A stretch of 63,767 nucleotides of DNA, filler included. It is 6 parts of 6 records of this genome, joined end to end, with 100 filler letters (N's around TTAATTAATTAA, not from the genome) between each part and the next. Parts side by side here need not be neighbours in the genome. Positions count along the whole stretch, not along the records: positions 58,708 to 63,767 come from SRR31156797_18702; 5 more parts are not named here. One strand, 5' to 3'. The first letter of the stretch is position 1, and each line of letters opens with the position of its first letter. Of this stretch, positions 61,328-63,767 are shown in pieces. Both the position numbers and the translations under genes were made by a program. A model generated the notes under the pieces. The model did not search any database. It worked only from the letters and a program-made list of their open reading frames with translations, and was not told the origin of the DNA.

Positions 61328-61648
61328 GTGAAAATAATTATTGATGATATCTCAATTCAAGTAAAAAATGAAGAACATAATATTGTTGAAGTGGCTCGAA
61401 CTGCAGGTATAGGAATTCCGGCCCCATGTTATGCCGATGACAGAAAAAGCGGCTGTTGCAAAGTATGTTTGATCGAAGTAAATGGAGAAGATAAATATGC
61501 ATGCTGTACCAAACCAGAAGATGGAATGAAGATTATTTTTAAGCGTGATGACCTGGATAAGCTCAGAAAGAATAGAATGATAAAGTATCTTGAGGGTGAA
61601 AGTGAACCTTGTAACTGTAACTGTGGTTCAGATAGCGATTGCTGTTAA
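61328..61648 (+). CDS. Stand-alone 2Fe-2S cluster-binding protein (NuoG/FeFe-hydrogenase N-terminal-like) with a Cys-rich tail
   Basis: GIGIPAPC..GCCKVCLIEV..ACC..GMKI; tail PCNCNCGSDSDCC. Confidence 0.8.
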   Translation: MKIIIDDISIQVKNEEHNIVEVARTAGIGIPAPCYADDRKSGCCKVCLIEVNGEDKYACCTKPEDGMKIIFKRDDLDKLRKNRMIKYLEGESEPCNCNCGSDSDCC

Positions 61649-61669
61649 ACCCGGAATTTGGAGTCAAAC

Positions 61670-62089
61670 ATGAAAAAAGCATTAATTGTTTTATTATTGA
61701 TCAGTATGCTAACCGTTCTTTTTGGGGTAGGCCATGAGGGCAAAACAGAAGTAAAAGTATTGGCGAAAACATCCAAAAGCTGGAATGGCGCTGAATTGCC
61801 ACGATATTCATGGGGTAAGCCCGAGGTGACAGTTTTAAGGATTTCTATTCCTCCTCATACCGACCTAGCATGGCACAAACATCCGGTGATCAATGCCGGA
61901 GTGGTGATCTCAGGTGAATTGACCGTTATAACAGATCAAGGCGACACACTATATTTAAAAGCCGGTGATCCGATCGTGGAAGTGGTTGAAATCTGGCATT
62001 TCGGTAAAAATGAAGGTGAAGAAACCGTTGATATTATTGTTTTTTATGCCGGTGTGAAAAATAAAAAGATCACGATCCTGGAAAAATGA
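61670..62089 (+). CDS. Exported cupin-domain protein
   Basis: Signal peptide; SWNG..LP.Y..G.PE, WHKHP, SGEL, EVVE.WH.G.N. Confidence 0.85.
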   Translation: MKKALIVLLLISMLTVLFGVGHEGKTEVKVLAKTSKSWNGAELPRYSWGKPEVTVLRISIPPHTDLAWHKHPVINAGVVISGELTVITDQGDTLYLKAGDPIVEVVEIWHFGKNEGEETVDIIVFYAGVKNKKITILEK

Positions 62090-62162
62090 TACTTTATGAC
62101 GATCGTCACAGATCGGATAAAGTACTTGAGACAAAATTCTAAACTTCTTACATTATTATATT

Positions 62163-63503
62163 ATGGCTAAACACAAAGATCAATTCAAATGCACAGCCTG
62201 TGAAGGTCTGACCGCAAAATGGGCGGGACAATGTCCTCATTGTGGTGAATGGAATACACTTGAAGCTTATGATGCTCCACAAAGTTCATCCAAAAGGGTA
62301 AAAGCCGGCTCCCCGCCGCCCTTTTATTCATTATCCAATCCCCAACAACCCCGACGCTATGGAAGTGGGATCGAAGAATTCGACCGTGTTGTCGGCGGCG
62401 GCCTGATGGAAGGCAGTATTGTTCTTCTGGGTGGTGACCCGGGAGTAGGGAAGTCTACATTGGCATTACAACTATGTAAGGAATATGTAGGAAAGAAAAT
62501 AAAGACCTGTTATTTCTCCGGAGAAGAATCGGTAGGACAGCTTGCACTGCGTGCCAAACGTTTGGGCTTGAAGAGTGATGAACTAAAGATCAGCAATGAA
62601 GTTGAATTGAGCAGGGTGATCGCGGGACTTGAGGATGAAAAACCACAAGTGGCTATTATTGATTCGATACAAACTGCGTATTCACCTAATTCAGATTCGC
62701 TCCCCGGTTCTATCACTCAAGTTCGCGAATGTGCTTCCGAACTTATGGCCTTGGGTAAAAAGAACAATATCACGATCATATTAATAGGGCACATCACAAA
62801 AAGCGGTGTGATCGCCGGTCCGAAATTATTGGAACATATTGTTGATACGGTTCTGTATCTTGAGGGCGACAAACAGCATTATTTCAGGATACTGCGTTCC
62901 GTCAAGAACCGTTTCGGAGCGACGCATGAGATCGGTATTTTCGAAATGAAGACCGAAGGATTGATCGGGATCGAGAATCCCGGTGATATTTTTCTGAGCG
63001 AACGTAAAAAAGGTGCAACAGGTTCGGTTGTGACCTGTGGTATGGAAGGAAGCAGGCCATTATTGGTTGAGATCCAGGCATTGGCGGCTCGGGCAGCGTA
63101 CGGAACTCCTCAGCGTCACGCCAGCGGCATCGACCAGAAAAGATTGCAGCTATTGCTTGCCGTGATCGAACGAAAATTGAACATTCCGGTCTCTCAGTAT
63201 GATATTTTTGTAAATGTTGTGGGGGGACTTACTTTAAAAGAGCCTGCCATGGACTTGCCCGTGATCGCGGCGATCTATTCCTCGATCAAAGATATTCCCG
63301 TTTCAGATAATACGGTTATCATGGGAGAAGTTGGGTTGACTGGAGAAACCCGCTCAGTGCAACGAGTGGAGCAACGTGTAAAAGAATCCGTAAGAATGGG
63401 GTTCGATCATTTGATCTTGCCGTCATCGGCAAAAAAGAAGATCGGCGTAAAAGATAATGTTATATTCATAAATGATATTCTGCAACTCACCGGTACACTT
63501 TAA
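62163..63503 (+). CDS. radA: DNA repair protein RadA/Sms
   Basis: C4 zinc finger, GDPGVGKST, IDSIQT, KNRFG, Lon-like C-terminus GEVGLTGE. Confidence 0.96.
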   Translation: MAKHKDQFKCTACEGLTAKWAGQCPHCGEWNTLEAYDAPQSSSKRVKAGSPPPFYSLSNPQQPRRYGSGIEEFDRVVGGGLMEGSIVLLGGDPGVGKSTLALQLCKEYVGKKIKTCYFSGEESVGQLALRAKRLGLKSDELKISNEVELSRVIAGLEDEKPQVAIIDSIQTAYSPNSDSLPGSITQVRECASELMALGKKNNITIILIGHITKSGVIAGPKLLEHIVDTVLYLEGDKQHYFRILRSVKNRFGATHEIGIFEMKTEGLIGIENPGDIFLSERKKGATGSVVTCGMEGSRPLLVEIQALAARAAYGTPQRHASGIDQKRLQLLLAVIERKLNIPVSQYDIFVNVVGGLTLKEPAMDLPVIAAIYSSIKDIPVSDNTVIMGEVGLTGETRSVQRVEQRVKESVRMGFDHLILPSSAKKKIGVKDNVIFINDILQLTGTL

Positions 63504-63516
63504 GGAGATTCGGATC

Positions 63517-63767
63517 ATGAAAAAAACCATCATTCTGTTGTTATTTATTGCATTACTATTGATATCATGTATACCTATTGAAGAAGATGATAGCGCTGAT
63601 GCTGCGGATTTCTATCTTACAGACTCAACAGGATTCCCCATGAGCATTTTCTCACCCGGAGAATCTTTTTATATGCAATTCTATTTTGTAAATACAACTA
63701 CCGATACCATTGATTACACTGTATCGGACTCACGACCTGCCGTCATATTTTATATTGAAGAAAATGG
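63517..63767 (+). CDS. Putative lipoprotein, 5' fragment (not in the ORF track)
   Basis: RBS AAGGAG; MKKTIILLLFIALLLISC lipobox; frame open to the window end. Confidence 0.7.
   Translation, partial: MKKTIILLLFIALLLISCIPIEEDDSADAADFYLTDSTGFPMSIFSPGESFYMQFYFVNTTTDTIDYTVSDSRPAVIFYIEEN

Noticed and set aside
1-63767. CRISPR array, rRNA or IS transposase
   Set aside because: No regularly spaced repeats, rRNA-like segments or transposase ORFs were seen.

Overview
This window is not one locus. It is six unrelated contigs joined by artificial 100-nt spacers (N runs around TTAATTAATTAA) at 22191-22290, 31450-31549, 37030-37129, 50873-50972 and 58608-58707, so gene neighbourhoods are only meaningful within a contig. 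Taxonomic labels are inferences from composition and gene style. Contig 1 (1-22190, Desulfobacterota-like): tRNA-Glu and tRNA-Gln, an Opp/Dpp ABC operon with unusual insertions, DUF362/4Fe-4S and CBS proteins, a fadN-fadA-fadE beta-oxidation operon with a FadR(YsiA)-type palindrome, an spd/mitochondrial-type EF-G coupled to a RecA/DnaB-fold ATPase, dtd, a B12 radical SAM protein, pyrR, yjbQ, phoU and pstB. Contig 2 (22291-31449, Desulfobacteraceae-like): an island of AraC regulator, TonB receptor, two O-methyltransferases and a NitT/TauT ABC transporter, between an Fe-ADH and birA. Contig 3 (31550-37029, Campylobacterota-like): RND, MFS, rdgB, nth. Contig 4 (37130-50872, very AT-rich): CPBP protease, zinc peptidase, a 2038-aa hybrid kinase with a REC protein, an adenylate cyclase and an MCP. 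Contig 5 (50973-58607, Bacteroidota-like): FNR-like reductase, a repeat-flanked lipoprotein, blaI/blaR1-like pair, SDR, AraC, and an integron-like gene cassette bounded by complementary GTTGTGCCG / CGGCACAAC core sites. Contig 6 (58708-63767): PFOR, a small 2Fe-2S protein, a cupin, radA and a lipoprotein. The best candidates for under-described systems are the Bacteroidota integron-like cassette (one cargo protein ends in an SSB-like DLPF tail), the TonB/methyltransferase uptake island, and the EF-G/ATPase pair.
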